The translations under genes were made by a program, and so were the position numbers. From an uncultured Spirochaetota bacterium (GTDB lineage Bacteria > Spirochaetota > Brevinematia > Brevinematales > JAOACQ01), in NCBI GenBank assembly GCA_963835575.1, contig CAWIGG010000004.1, positions 256,001 through 320,000 on the forward strand: a stretch of DNA of 64,000 nt, written 5' to 3'. How positions within the stretch are numbered: the first letter of the stretch is position 1; the number at the start of each line of letters is the position of its first letter. Positions 19,339 to 30,251 of this stretch are shown in pieces. The notes under the pieces were generated by a model. It had not been told where the DNA came from. It saw only the letters and a program-made list of their open reading frames with translations, and searched no databases.

Positions 19339-20286
19339 ATGGAAAGAGGAAAAAAAATAAATAATGTGGCCCTGGGCGCTTTTATTTTTGCCGGGATTTT
19401 TCTCCTGTTTTTCTTTATTTATTTTGCCGGAAAATTCAGTTTTCTCCTGGGCGGCGGCTACAGCCTTTCAATTGAATATGATTTTGTCGATAATCTGCAG
19501 ATTGGCGCCAAAGTCCGCGTTTCCGGCGGGCCAGCCATCGGATATATTGATAAAATATCCTTTGAAACAGGAAAAATCGTTATCAGGGCCCTTTTAGAGG
19601 GAAAATACAGGATTAACAGGGGAGCTAATTTTTATATCTATTCCACCAGTCTTGTGGGCCAGAAGTATATTAATGTTTCCGGTTACAATCCTAACGCCCC
19701 TGAATTTTATACCAATAATGAATATATTATGGGCAGAAGCCCGATCGGTTTTGCCCGGACCATCGAACTGGCGGGTTCTGCTGTTAACAGCCTCATATCC
19801 TCCAATAATTCAGATACGATCAATCAGGTCAAGGAGACTTTTCAAAATACTATAGAGCTGATAGCTGGATTGAACCGTGTTATCCATGATAATGAGAAAG
19901 ATCTGCGGGATAGTATTCACAACCTTAATATGGGTTTGAAAAATTCAGCCGAAGTGATGAACCGTGTCAGCGCGACGATGCTGAACCTGGAGTCTTTTTC
20001 AAAGAAAATCAATAATAGCATGGATGCTTTCTCTGAAAATGATATGAAGGACCTTGTGAGCAATATCACAATATTAAGCTATAATCTGAAAGTCCTTTCG
20101 GCCGATATCAACACTCTTACCTACGATAAAGACAGCCCTCTCGGCCTGGTCCGGGACAAGGAAATGAGGACAAGGCTGGAAAATACCATTAAGAACTTTG
20201 AGGATTTCAGCAAGACAATCAGCGACAACCCGTCAAAGCTGCTCTTCGGAGGAAAGGAACAGCCTAAAAAAACAGATAAAAAATGA
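19339..20286 (+). CDS. MlaD/MCE-domain protein with a helical C-terminus
   Basis: N-terminal TM; LQIGAKVRVSG, IGYIDKI, SLVGQKYINV; NPSKLLFG near the C-terminus. Confidence 0.85.
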   Translation: MERGKKINNVALGAFIFAGIFLLFFFIYFAGKFSFLLGGGYSLSIEYDFVDNLQIGAKVRVSGGPAIGYIDKISFETGKIVIRALLEGKYRINRGANFYIYSTSLVGQKYINVSGYNPNAPEFYTNNEYIMGRSPIGFARTIELAGSAVNSLISSNNSDTINQVKETFQNTIELIAGLNRVIHDNEKDLRDSIHNLNMGLKNSAEVMNRVSATMLNLESFSKKINNSMDAFSENDMKDLVSNITILSYNLKVLSADINTLTYDKDSPLGLVRDKEMRTRLENTIKNFEDFSKTISDNPSKLLFGGKEQPKKTDKK

Positions 20287-20330
20287 ATGCCGGTCTCAAT
20301 TAATTTCAATATTCAAAAAAAGGATTTTCT

Positions 20331-21002
20331 ATGATACCATTAAAAGATGATAATCCGTCTCGCCATTTCCCGATTGTCAATACAATTCTGATTATTCTGA
20401 ATATAGTTGTTTTTATATTTCAGCTGACCGGACAGATGAGAAACCAGGAGCTTGTATTTAAATATTCTCTTATTCCCTCCCTTTTTTTCTCAGACCCGTT
20501 AACGAACTGGTACCGTCCCATCACATATGTTTTTCTTCATGGCGGTTTCATGCACATAATCGGCAATATGCTCTTTCTTTATATTTTCGGGGATAACATT
20601 GAGGATATCCTCGGCCATGTCCGCTATATATTCTTTTTCTTCCTGTCCGGTATCTGCGGAGGCCTGCTTCAGGCGGCTTTTTCCGCCCATTCCTCTATCC
20701 CGATCATCGGCGCTAGCGGCGCCATTTCAGGCGTAATAACTGCTTATATGATTCTATTCCCCCTTAAAAAAATCCTGACTCTTATTTTTCTTGGTTTTTT
20801 TATACTGCCGGTAAAAATACCCGCTTTTTTTTACATAGCCGTCTGGATTATCATTCAATTTTATAATGGTTTATTCAGCATCACAAACATAGGAGACAAA
20901 GGCGGGGTTGCCTATCTTGTCCATGTCGGCGGGATATTATTCGGATTTTTTTATATCTTATTGAGAAAAAGAAAATTACAGCAAAGATATGATAACGGAT
21001 AA
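20331..21002 (+). CDS. Rhomboid intramembrane serine protease
   Basis: MIPLKDDNP, FLHGGFMHIIGNM, catalytic GASGA, GGVAYLVHVGG. Confidence 0.93.
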   Translation: MIPLKDDNPSRHFPIVNTILIILNIVVFIFQLTGQMRNQELVFKYSLIPSLFFSDPLTNWYRPITYVFLHGGFMHIIGNMLFLYIFGDNIEDILGHVRYIFFFFLSGICGGLLQAAFSAHSSIPIIGASGAISGVITAYMILFPLKKILTLIFLGFFILPVKIPAFFYIAVWIIIQFYNGLFSITNIGDKGGVAYLVHVGGILFGFFYILLRKRKLQQRYDNG

Positions 21003-21064
21003 GGATTTACTCTTGAAACTCAAGCATTTTTTAAACAATATAAAATTTTTACTTCCCTTCCTTC

Positions 21065-21091
21065 GCTAATAGCTAATAGCTAATAGCTGAT
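21065..21091. repeat. Heptamer tandem repeat (GCTAATA)x3 plus a partial copy
   Basis: GCTAATAGCTAATAGCTAATAGCTGAT immediately after the purD stop. Confidence 0.8.
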
Positions 21092-21092
21092 C

Positions 21093-22373
21093 CTATTTTT
21101 CCATGAATTTAAGGCCCTTTTTACCGATGTCCCTCCGGTAAGTGACTCCCTGAAAATCTATTTCAGTCGCCTTGGTATAAGCTCTTTTGATTGATTCGCG
21201 TAATGTCGGTCCCAAAGCCGATACGCATAAAACCCTGCCCCCGTCAGTTACAATAGTACCGTCCGGAAGCTTTTTTGACCCGGCATGAAAAACATAAATT
21301 CCCTGTTCGTCAGGCAGATTGCCTTTGATTTCGAAACCTTTTAAATAATCATCCGGATAACCCTGCGAAGCAAGAACAACACCCGTACAGTACCCTTCAT
21401 GATGCTCAAGTTTAAGCTCGCCAAGCCGGTTTTCTTTAACAGAGAGTACAATATCCAGAAAATCTGTTTTTAATAAAGGCAGAACAACCTGGGCTTCCGG
21501 ATCGCCGAACCTCACGTTATATTCTATGACTGATGGTCCGCTTTTTGTCAGCATCAATCCCAGATAGAGAAAACCGGTATAGGGATTTCCTTCTTTCTGC
21601 ATTCCGTGGATTGTGGGACGTATGATATTTTCTATAATGATCTGTTTCAGATTATCATTTAAAAATGGGACCGGCGCATACGCACCCATACCGCCGGTAT
21701 TCGGCCCTTTATCATTATCATAAATCCTCTTATGGTCCTGGGCTGAAGCAATCCATTTGAAATCAACACCGTCTGTAATAATAAAAACACTGACTTCGAT
21801 TCCTTCAAGCAAATCTTCAATTATAATTTTATCGCCGGCGCTTCCGAACTCCTTTTTCAGCATTATCCTGTTCACAGCTGTCAGAGTTTCCTCAACAGTA
21901 CTGCTGACTATTGAACCTTTTCCGGCCGCCAGGCCGTCGGTCTTTACCACAAGCGGCCTGTTAATTTTCCTGACAAAATTGATAGCTTTTTGAGGATCAT
22001 CAAAAATCTCAAACTTCGCGGTGGGTATATTATACCTGGCCAGGAATTCTTTCATATAAGCCTTGCTGCCTTCCAGCCGCGAGGCTTTCTGCGTAGGACC
22101 GAAAACGGCTGTTTTTGTTTTTCTCAGGATATCAACGACGCCGTCAACAAGCGGCTGTTCCGGGCCGACAATAACCAGGTCAATCTTCCCCAGTTCAACA
22201 AATTCCAGCAGGTCCGCAAAGGGATGGCTGATATCCGCCGGTACATTCCTTCCGTACTTGGATGTTCCGCCGTTTCCAGGTATAATAAATAAATTCCGGC
22301 ATTTAGGGCTTTTAGAAACAGCCCATGCAATCGCGCTTTCTCTGCCTCCATTCCCGATAACAGCGATATTCAT
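21093..22373 (-). CDS. purD: Phosphoribosylamine-glycine ligase
   Basis: IGNGGRE, PGNGG, VGPEQPL, LEGSK, DGLAAGKG, QDHKR, GPNTGGMG, RFGDPE. Start at ATG 22373 with a GAGGAG RBS. Confidence 0.96.
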   Translation of the reverse strand: MNIAVIGNGGRESAIAWAVSKSPKCRNLFIIPGNGGTSKYGRNVPADISHPFADLLEFVELGKIDLVIVGPEQPLVDGVVDILRKTKTAVFGPTQKASRLEGSKAYMKEFLARYNIPTAKFEIFDDPQKAINFVRKINRPLVVKTDGLAAGKGSIVSSTVEETLTAVNRIMLKKEFGSAGDKIIIEDLLEGIEVSVFIITDGVDFKWIASAQDHKRIYDNDKGPNTGGMGAYAPVPFLNDNLKQIIIENIIRPTIHGMQKEGNPYTGFLYLGLMLTKSGPSVIEYNVRFGDPEAQVVLPLLKTDFLDIVLSVKENRLGELKLEHHEGYCTGVVLASQGYPDDYLKGFEIKGNLPDEQGIYVFHAGSKKLPDGTIVTDGGRVLCVSALGPTLRESIKRAYTKATEIDFQGVTYRRDIGKKGLKFMEK

Positions 22374-22571
22374 ATGCATGCTCCTCAGAATATTTTTTGA
22401 ATATTTAATTATATGTTCAACCATTCAAAACAGCAATTTTTTACAGAAATTAAGACCTAATTAAGTTAATATGGGCACTTTAATATTCAATAATATTGAT
22501 TTAAGCTCCTGATATTCTTATAATAATCACTGTAATAAAAAAAGAGGGTGCGGGATTTTTCCTGTTTAAAA

Positions 22572-23189
22572 ATGAATTTAAAAAAATATTCCCTGCCGAC
22601 TATCTTACCTTCTCTTAATACAGTTCTCGGACGATTGGGTTATAATTTCAAAAAAAGCATACTGGATGAAAAAACAGAGTTGATGATAAAAAAAGAAATT
22701 GAGTCTGCTTCTCACTTTATCAAACCTTCCGGTCACAGCCTGGATTGCCGGATTTTGAATCAAACCGATGATGCCGTAACACTGGACAGCGGCATCTCGT
22801 TACAATCTAAAAAATTATCAAAAATACTGGAAAATGCCGAAAAAGTTACTCTTTTAATCTGCACGATCGGGAAATTACTGCCTGATGAAACAGCCCGCCT
22901 CATGAAAAATGAGGAAATAACAAGGGCTGTCATTCTGGACGCAATCGGCAGCGAAGCGGTTGAAGCCTTTGCCGATTATATGACCGGTGTGCTGATGCAG
23001 GAAAATACCGTTTTCGGCCTGAAACCTTCCATGCGCTACAGCCCTGGATACGGAGATCTCAATACGGAGACACATAAAGAAATTCTTCCACTTCTCGAAG
23101 CGGATAAAATCGGAGTCGGCTGTCATAAAGAGAGCTTTATCCTCATTCCTGAAAAATCCATATCAGCCATTATCGGGTGGCTCCAATAA
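22572..23189 (+). CDS. Stand-alone B12-dependent methionine synthase activation-domain protein
   Basis: CTIG, LDAIGSEAVE, RYSPGYGDL, LIPEKSISAIIG. Alternative GTG start at 22548. Confidence 0.82.
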   Translation: MNLKKYSLPTILPSLNTVLGRLGYNFKKSILDEKTELMIKKEIESASHFIKPSGHSLDCRILNQTDDAVTLDSGISLQSKKLSKILENAEKVTLLICTIGKLLPDETARLMKNEEITRAVILDAIGSEAVEAFADYMTGVLMQENTVFGLKPSMRYSPGYGDLNTETHKEILPLLEADKIGVGCHKESFILIPEKSISAIIGWLQ

Positions 23190-23487
23190 ACTCATGATTC
23201 AAAGTCCCTGATCCGGTTCAAAAACCAGGCGCCGCCAGACTTACGGCAGATGTAATACTTAAACATGAGCTATTAAATGATAACTTTCGACTTTCGGCTA
23301 TTGTCAGCCGGTTATTTAGCTTGTACCTTATGAATTGATTTTTTTATAATTATCAGTTAGAATATATGGCTGTTAGATATTTACCGCAATATAGTGTTTT
23401 ATTTATTTCTCTGCCCCTTAGACAGGCCCGGAATCCGGGTTGGATCCGGCGGAGGAGCGGAGAAAATATTTTTTCGGGGTTGGAGGG

Positions 23488-24507
23488 ATGGAAAATATAG
23501 AATTAAAAAAAAACATCTATCAGAACCTCCGTATCGGCGAATTGGGCGGTGCTGAAGATTTAACCCTGAAAGGCATGGAAGAAGATATTCATAATACGGA
23601 TTATGAAAAGATATTAAAAATCATAAAATTCTGGCAGAACCGTAAGGAGTTTTTTCAGTATGACGACTCTAACGGCGAAAAATTAATAGAAGAATGGGAC
23701 AAATTCCTGGATTTCTGTAAAGATCAGCGGATAGATAATAAAAAGGCCGTTTTATCCATTAAAAATTTTATTTTCAACAGAGTTATCGAGATCCTGATCG
23801 AATCGTACAGGCTTTCACCGGTGCCGGAAAGAGAAACCCTTGTTCTTCTGGGGCAATCATTTTATGAAATCGGTATGCTGGATAAATCCATTGAGACGCT
23901 CGAATACGCCATGTCCCTTGCTTCCGGAGATGATGATATCCGCATATATTCTATACTTGGTAATCTTTACTATGAGTCAGGGGAAAATGATTCGGCAATG
24001 GTTATGTTTAATGAGGCTTTCTTAAAATTTCCCCAGCTTGTGAATATAGAAAATATAGAGTATCCGCCTATCCGGAATTTAAAGAAGGTCATTGAAGAAG
24101 ACGGATTCAAGGACAATGAAATTCTGGAATGGATCGCGGTTTACGGTTATTTATATGAAGGCCTGACAGCCCGGCGGAAATTAGAATATAATGACTATAT
24201 GGAACTCAAAGAGAAAATAATTGATTATGAAAAATCCCTAAAAATTGATAAAAAAGTGAGGAATATCATCATTCCCCGTCTGATCAATTTCTATTTATGG
24301 GTCCTTGATTATTATCTTTTTCAGCTTGGGGCATTTGAAACCGCTGAAAATGTCAGTAAAAGGGTGATTGATCTTCTGGACCAGGTCAGCTGTAAAGAAG
24401 ACACAAAAAACAAATTGATCAACAGGGCGTCCCTGTTATTTAAAAGCTTACTCACAAAAAAAGATGATAAAAAGAGCGCAATTGAACCGGTAGAAAAGGC
24501 TAACTGA
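23488..24507 (+). CDS. TPR-containing hypothetical protein
   Basis: TPR-like helices LGQSFYEIG...LEYA and ILGNLYYESG...FNEAF. ATG 23488 after GGAGG. Confidence 0.7.
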   Translation: MENIELKKNIYQNLRIGELGGAEDLTLKGMEEDIHNTDYEKILKIIKFWQNRKEFFQYDDSNGEKLIEEWDKFLDFCKDQRIDNKKAVLSIKNFIFNRVIEILIESYRLSPVPERETLVLLGQSFYEIGMLDKSIETLEYAMSLASGDDDIRIYSILGNLYYESGENDSAMVMFNEAFLKFPQLVNIENIEYPPIRNLKKVIEEDGFKDNEILEWIAVYGYLYEGLTARRKLEYNDYMELKEKIIDYEKSLKIDKKVRNIIIPRLINFYLWVLDYYLFQLGAFETAENVSKRVIDLLDQVSCKEDTKNKLINRASLLFKSLLTKKDDKKSAIEPVEKAN

Positions 24508-24524
24508 CGGCAAAGGATGGATTT

Positions 24525-25439
24525 ATGTCTATTGTCGCTGTAGGTTCCCTGGCTTTTGACAGCATTAAAACCAGCGAAGGGGAAAGAGAAAAAATCCTGG
24601 GGGGATCTCTTACTCATTTCACCAATGCGGCATGTTTTTTGTCAAAACCGCATCTTGTCGGCGTGGTAGGGAATGATTTTAAAGAAAGCCACTGGAATTT
24701 TATTCAATCAAAATCAAAAAGCATAGAAGGCATTGAGGTTCTTCAGGATGAAAAATGCTTTTTCTGGGAAGGCGTTTACTCCGATGATTTCGATAACAGG
24801 GACACAATAAAAACCGAACTGAATGCCTTCGCCAAATTCGATCCCAGAGTGCCGGATAGTTATAAAAAGGGGCGGTATATCCTTTTTCTGGCTAATATTG
24901 ACCCGAGCACTCAGAAAAAGGTTGTTCTGCAGAGTAAAAACAGCTCGTTTAAAATACTTGATACGATGAACTTATGGATTGAAAAAAGACGCGATAATCT
25001 GGAAGAAGTTCTGCGGATGGTTGACGGCATAATTATTAATGAAAGCGAGGCTTTTTTATTAACCGGGGAAAAAAGCCTTTTAAAGGCCGCTCAAAAATTA
25101 TTCCGGCCGAATTTTAAATTGATTATTGTTAAAAAAGGGTCAAACGGAGTTATGATTTTCGGCAGGGATTTTATCGTCACTCTGCCCGCTTATCCGGTCA
25201 GGAATGTTATTGATCCTACAGGGGCCGGGGATAGTTTCGCCGGTGCTTTTATCAGCTATATTGATCATTACGGGATAAGGAAATTTAACCAGAAAAATAT
25301 TAAAAAAGCCGCCGCTTACGCGGCTGTTGTGGCGTCTTTTGCCGTTGAAGATTTCGGGGTTGACGGCATTAATAAAATTACGAAAAAAGATATAGAACGG
25401 CGGTTAAAAGAATTTGAAAAAATGGCTGCATTCAAATAA
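24525..25439 (+). CDS. PfkB-family carbohydrate/nucleoside kinase
   Basis: GSLAFD, LGGS, VGVVGNDF, INESEA, KKGSNG, DPTGAGDSFAG. Confidence 0.92.
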   Translation: MSIVAVGSLAFDSIKTSEGEREKILGGSLTHFTNAACFLSKPHLVGVVGNDFKESHWNFIQSKSKSIEGIEVLQDEKCFFWEGVYSDDFDNRDTIKTELNAFAKFDPRVPDSYKKGRYILFLANIDPSTQKKVVLQSKNSSFKILDTMNLWIEKRRDNLEEVLRMVDGIIINESEAFLLTGEKSLLKAAQKLFRPNFKLIIVKKGSNGVMIFGRDFIVTLPAYPVRNVIDPTGAGDSFAGAFISYIDHYGIRKFNQKNIKKAAAYAAVVASFAVEDFGVDGINKITKKDIERRLKEFEKMAAFK

Positions 25440-25458
25440 ATGAGAGGAGAAAAAAGTC

Positions 25459-28170
25459 ATGGCTGACACGATTATCAAAAAGAAAGAAGATATATTGCTT
25501 GATATTGAGGAAAAATTAAAGGAAGAGAAATGGACAAGGGCCGCCATAGAAAGCTACAGCGTCAAGAACTTTGTTGAACTTGACAGCGTCATACGGATGT
25601 CAATAGATGAAAATTTCAAGGATGAACTGAAGAATCTCTGTAAGGAAAACCTCAAGCATTATCAAAACAGTGTCGTGGGACTGTATATCATCGGGGTTCT
25701 TTCCCTTGAGGAATCATCCGTGGACGACACTCATATACCTCAGATCATCAAGCTTTTTATGGATAATAAAAAGCTTAAGATCGCCGAATTTCTGGCGGAA
25801 AAAATACTGTCATTTCGGGAAAATAAATTCGCGCTCAAAACCCTGGAGACTGTTTATGAAGATTACGGCAACCAGGATGAGCTTTTTAACATAAAAAAGA
25901 GACTGGTCCTGATCGACAGCCGGGACGCCGGCAACGCCAAATATCTGGGCGAGTTTTATGAAAAAGAGGATGATAAAGACCAGGCCATGTTTTACTATAG
26001 ACTGGCTATGGAACGCTATATAAAGGCAAAAAGCGTTAAGATGGTCGAAGAGCTCTGGAATAAAGTCATCAAGCTTAATCCCGAGGACGCGGACCTTGTC
26101 ATTATTATGTCCAGAAAGATCATAGACGTGCTTGGAGAAGAAAGAACGGCGGACATGGTCTTTAATGATTTTATCAGGCAGGCAATCAAAAATGAGAAAT
26201 ATAGAGAAGCCTTAAAAGTGCTGAAGGTCATAATCGATTTCAAGCAGGGAGAAAAGCAGTTCAGGAAAGCAATAGAAGACTGCTACAGAAATATTTACAA
26301 AGACCACAGCCAGCTTGAAAAATATTTAAAATTATCAGCTATCGGTCAGAGCTGGAAACCCCACAAAGAAGCTATACGGCTCTTTGAGACACATATCGCC
26401 TTCGACCAGGGTGTCTATATTTCTCATAAAAGCTGGGGAATAGGCCGGGTAAAGGAAATATCGAATGATAAAGTGATTATTGATTTTGAACAAAAGAAAA
26501 ACCATGAAATGTCCCTGGAAATTGCCCTGAGGGCCCTGGATATACTCGACCAGAACAATATCATAATCTGGAAGAAATTCAAAACAGAGGAATTAATAGC
26601 CTTACTCAGCGAAGATCCTCTTAAAGTTATTGAAATCGCGCTCCGCAGTAATAAAGGAGAAGTTTCAACTTCCGAAATAAAGAATTACTTTGTGCCGGAT
26701 TTAATGAAAGAAAGCGAATGGAATAAATGGTGGCTTCAAACCAAGAAACTGCTGGAAGGCAACGAAACCATTATTCAGAACCCGACAAAACGTAATATGA
26801 TTGAACTTCGCGATAACGAGCTCAGCATTGTCGAGGAGATTATCAGCAAATTCAAGAAAACAACGACATTTGAAAACAAAGTCAAACTTTTTGTGGACTT
26901 TGTACTCCGCGGAGGGAATGTCAATTCGGAATCGTCAGCGGCCCTTGTCAATTATTTTACAGAGATCATCAAGGCTTCCAGCGAGTCCAATGATAAGCAG
27001 CTTGTATCATTGGTTGCCCTTAAATATTCCAACTATGAAAAGTATAATGATAATGATGTGGACAGCTCCATTATTTTTGAAATTAAGAACCTCAATGATC
27101 TTTACGAATTAATTGATTCTGAAATTAAAAAACCTTTTCTCCAGCTGCTGATGAAGAAATTAAAGGACTGGGACATTAAATTTGCCGATATTATCATTCA
27201 TTCATCCGTGACTAAACTGAACCGCTATATGCTCAATGAACTGGAAATGTTTGAGAAATTCGATGTGATCAACAGTATTTTTGTCGCATCGATGAACTCT
27301 TTTCATGAAAACCCGGAATTATTCCTCTGGATTTCCAAAGTTCTTTTTGAGGAAAGCTCTTCAAACTTAAAGGATAAAATCGGGGTTAAAGAAAGCGAGG
27401 TTATGTTCCGGCTTCTTTCACTCATCGATATATTAAATGATGAAATTGATTCAAAAACGAACATCGCGAGAAACAAAAAAATCATTCAGGGGATCTATGA
27501 CCTTATATTCAAGAAAAAAATGCTTTCTGCTTTAATTGAACACTCTGATGAAACAACGGCAAAATCGGTCCTTTCGCTCCTGTATTCAACATTGACCCTG
27601 GAGGATGAAACAAGAGATGAATTTGTCAACCAGATTATCTCTCTCTTTCCTTCCCTCAAAAAGATCGACAAACAGGAGAAAATTTTCATCCGTCATCCGT
27701 TCCTTGTAACAAAAAGCTCTCTGGAAACAAAAAAGAGGGAAATGGCAAGGATTATGTCCGCGGATATTCCTGAAAACAGCCGGGCTATCGGCGAGGCTAT
27801 GGAGAAAGGCGATTTGAGGGAAAATGCCGAGTACAAAGCGGCGCTTGAAAAACAGGACCAGCTTAAGGCGGCCGCGTCCAAACTGGAAACTGAAATCAAT
27901 CAGGCCAAAGTTCTTGAGAAAAATAAGGTCAATAAAGCAATTGTTGATGTCGGCGTTAAGGCGATAGTGAAAAACCAGGAAGGCAAGCTTGAAGAATATC
28001 AAATCCTGGGACAATGGGATGTGGATTTTAAAAGAAATATCATTTCCTATCATTCGCCTCTCGGCAAAGCCCTGCTGGATAGAAAGATAGGAGACAAAAT
28101 TGATTTTGAATACAACGGAGAGCTGAAAAAGTTTGAGATAGTCAATATAGAAATGGCTGATTTTGATTAG
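25459..28170 (+). CDS. greA: Transcription elongation factor GreA, long multidomain form
   Basis: C-terminal Gre domain (ENSRAIGEAMEKGDLRENAEYKAA, ISYHSPLGKALL) after about 740 aa of helical/TPR-like sequence with an HKSWGIG motif. Confidence 0.9.
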   Translation: MADTIIKKKEDILLDIEEKLKEEKWTRAAIESYSVKNFVELDSVIRMSIDENFKDELKNLCKENLKHYQNSVVGLYIIGVLSLEESSVDDTHIPQIIKLFMDNKKLKIAEFLAEKILSFRENKFALKTLETVYEDYGNQDELFNIKKRLVLIDSRDAGNAKYLGEFYEKEDDKDQAMFYYRLAMERYIKAKSVKMVEELWNKVIKLNPEDADLVIIMSRKIIDVLGEERTADMVFNDFIRQAIKNEKYREALKVLKVIIDFKQGEKQFRKAIEDCYRNIYKDHSQLEKYLKLSAIGQSWKPHKEAIRLFETHIAFDQGVYISHKSWGIGRVKEISNDKVIIDFEQKKNHEMSLEIALRALDILDQNNIIIWKKFKTEELIALLSEDPLKVIEIALRSNKGEVSTSEIKNYFVPDLMKESEWNKWWLQTKKLLEGNETIIQNPTKRNMIELRDNELSIVEEIISKFKKTTTFENKVKLFVDFVLRGGNVNSESSAALVNYFTEIIKASSESNDKQLVSLVALKYSNYEKYNDNDVDSSIIFEIKNLNDLYELIDSEIKKPFLQLLMKKLKDWDIKFADIIIHSSVTKLNRYMLNELEMFEKFDVINSIFVASMNSFHENPELFLWISKVLFEESSSNLKDKIGVKESEVMFRLLSLIDILNDEIDSKTNIARNKKIIQGIYDLIFKKKMLSALIEHSDETTAKSVLSLLYSTLTLEDETRDEFVNQIISLFPSLKKIDKQEKIFIRHPFLVTKSSLETKKREMARIMSADIPENSRAIGEAMEKGDLRENAEYKAALEKQDQLKAAASKLETEINQAKVLEKNKVNKAIVDVGVKAIVKNQEGKLEEYQILGQWDVDFKRNIISYHSPLGKALLDRKIGDKIDFEYNGELKKFEIVNIEMADFD

Positions 28171-28186
28171 GAGGAAGGAGCGCTTT

Positions 28187-29950
28187 ATGGAAGATACTGC
28201 AATCAAAAAAGAAAACAACATTTTTCAATTTTTATATCCGTCCGGCTATAATCCCTATAAAATCAAATGGTTTGATATTACCATTGCCTTAGCATTATTC
28301 TTAATTACTTTTATCGCTTATATGCTGACCCTGACGCCTTCCATGGGCGCCGGCGACAACGGCGAATTAACGACCACACTTTATAATATGGGCGCGGGCC
28401 ATCCGCCGGGATACCCTCTTTACGGCATATTGGGAAAACTTTTTACTTATCTTCCTTTCGGGGATATCGGCTACCGCGTGAATATATTTGTCGCTGTGGC
28501 CGGCGCGGGCGCTATTTTCTTTCTCTATTTATTGATTGTCAAACTGGCCGGTTTAAACCGCGATAAAGGCCGGATATCCCTGGATATCCATCTGCCTGCC
28601 ATCGCGGCATCATTTTTATTTGCCTTTTCCTATTCGCATTGGGGCCAGTCAACCGGCGGCGAAGTTTATCCGCTTAACGTGTTCCTGGTTTCTTTTATGC
28701 TTTATATCATGGTCCTCTGGTATGAGGAGATTATTCTGTTCCGCGGTGAGGAAAATCACCATTTCGCCGAAAGGATGACCCTGTTCCTGGCGTTTGTAAT
28801 GGGCCTTTCACTGACAGACCATATGCTTCCGTTATGGTATATTGTGGCATACTTTGCTGTACTTTTACCATTCTCAATTTTTATTATCTTTCAGGCCGGT
28901 TCCGGAAGGTTTAAAAAAGAATTCTCGGCGCGGATGCCCGGAATCGTTATTATGGGGTTTTTATTCCTCATCAGTGTCCTGATACTTATGAATTTTGCCA
29001 TCAGGAACAGGCTTCTCTATCCGCTGCATATGCCGATGGTTTTGATCGGTATTTTCCTGGTACCCGCCTATATTTCCCTTTACACAATAATTTTAAAAGT
29101 TAAAAAATCTTTTGGGATCAGCACAGCCGCAGTGGTATATGGGATATCCGTAATAGCCGGCATTGCGTCTTTTATAGCATTTTCCATTTTTGTGAATAAT
29201 AATCAGATCGTCCCTCAAACCAATCAGTACTTATTCGGTTTCAGTACGGCTGATAATTCCGGTCTTCAGCAGGGAATGATGCAGCAAACCCAGATAGATC
29301 CGATCATTGTCATCCTTGCCGCATTAGCCGTTGTTGTCATATTCTTCTTCGGGGTTTATGATTCCGTCATAAAGAAATCCGACATTGAATACGGGTGGGC
29401 GGATAAACTGATTGAAATACTGACCTACAGCGGCTGGCTTTTTATTTTTGCCATGACCATCTATCTCTACTGCATGGTCAGGGCCATCGCCATCGCGCCT
29501 CTTCCCGACCCGAAGCCGTTAAGCTGGGGGGATACTCAAACCCTGGATATCCTGCTCAATCATATGCTCCGGAAGCAGTACGGGCTGGGCGGCGGCAATG
29601 AACTCATTAATTTCACCGGTCAATTAAAGGCGCTCCTGGATTTTAATATCGAACAATTCGGCATTATCAATCTGGTTGTCGCTTTTATCGGGCTGATTTA
29701 CCTCTTTTTTAAAGAGCGTGTCTGGGCGATTTTCACATTTATCGCCATAGTATTTCTGGATGTGGCTTTGATTAAATTCATCAACTTTGAGCTGGACCCG
29801 CGCACCGTGTCTTTTCAAGAAGTATTTTTTATCCAGCAGTTTTTTATAGCGGCTGTTTATGCCGCTTTCGGTTATCAATTGATCTTGGATCTTTGCAGTA
29901 ACGGCATTTCCTGGTATAAAAAGAGAATAGTCAATAAAACTATAAAATAA
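28187..29950 (+). CDS. DUF2723/TMEM260-like GT-C membrane glycosyltransferase
   Basis: GAGDNGEL, HPPGYPLY, EVYPLN, WGD, RKQYG; many TM segments. ATG 28187 after AAGGAG. Confidence 0.8.
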   Translation: MEDTAIKKENNIFQFLYPSGYNPYKIKWFDITIALALFLITFIAYMLTLTPSMGAGDNGELTTTLYNMGAGHPPGYPLYGILGKLFTYLPFGDIGYRVNIFVAVAGAGAIFFLYLLIVKLAGLNRDKGRISLDIHLPAIAASFLFAFSYSHWGQSTGGEVYPLNVFLVSFMLYIMVLWYEEIILFRGEENHHFAERMTLFLAFVMGLSLTDHMLPLWYIVAYFAVLLPFSIFIIFQAGSGRFKKEFSARMPGIVIMGFLFLISVLILMNFAIRNRLLYPLHMPMVLIGIFLVPAYISLYTIILKVKKSFGISTAAVVYGISVIAGIASFIAFSIFVNNNQIVPQTNQYLFGFSTADNSGLQQGMMQQTQIDPIIVILAALAVVVIFFFGVYDSVIKKSDIEYGWADKLIEILTYSGWLFIFAMTIYLYCMVRAIAIAPLPDPKPLSWGDTQTLDILLNHMLRKQYGLGGGNELINFTGQLKALLDFNIEQFGIINLVVAFIGLIYLFFKERVWAIFTFIAIVFLDVALIKFINFELDPRTVSFQEVFFIQQFFIAAVYAAFGYQLILDLCSNGISWYKKRIVNKTIK

Positions 29951-29962
29951 TAGGAGTTTCAT

Positions 29963-30229
29963 GTGGATATAATGTTTATAATCGGAATTTTAATTCAAAT
30001 AGCTGTAGGCATTGCTGCCGGATACTTTTATATAAAAGTAGTTAAACGGCCGGTATTGGGGAATTTCTGGGGCGCAGCTATCGTCGGCATCATAGGCGGC
30101 GTGCTGGGCGGTTTTTCGCTTAAATATATAACCTATTTTTTGGTCTTAAATCCGCTGGCTGTTGACTTTGTAGCCACATTAGCAGGTTCTTTTTTCCTGA
30201 TCTGGCTTTTTTCCAAACTCGCTCATTAA
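29963..30229 (+). CDS. Small membrane protein, GlsB/YeaQ/YmgE-like
   Basis: GIAAG, IVGIIGGVLGG, ATLAGSFFLIWL glycine-zipper pattern. Confidence 0.7.
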   Translation: MDIMFIIGILIQIAVGIAAGYFYIKVVKRPVLGNFWGAAIVGIIGGVLGGFSLKYITYFLVLNPLAVDFVATLAGSFFLIWLFSKLAH

Positions 30230-30251
30230 TTAAATTCTGGAGGTTCCATAT

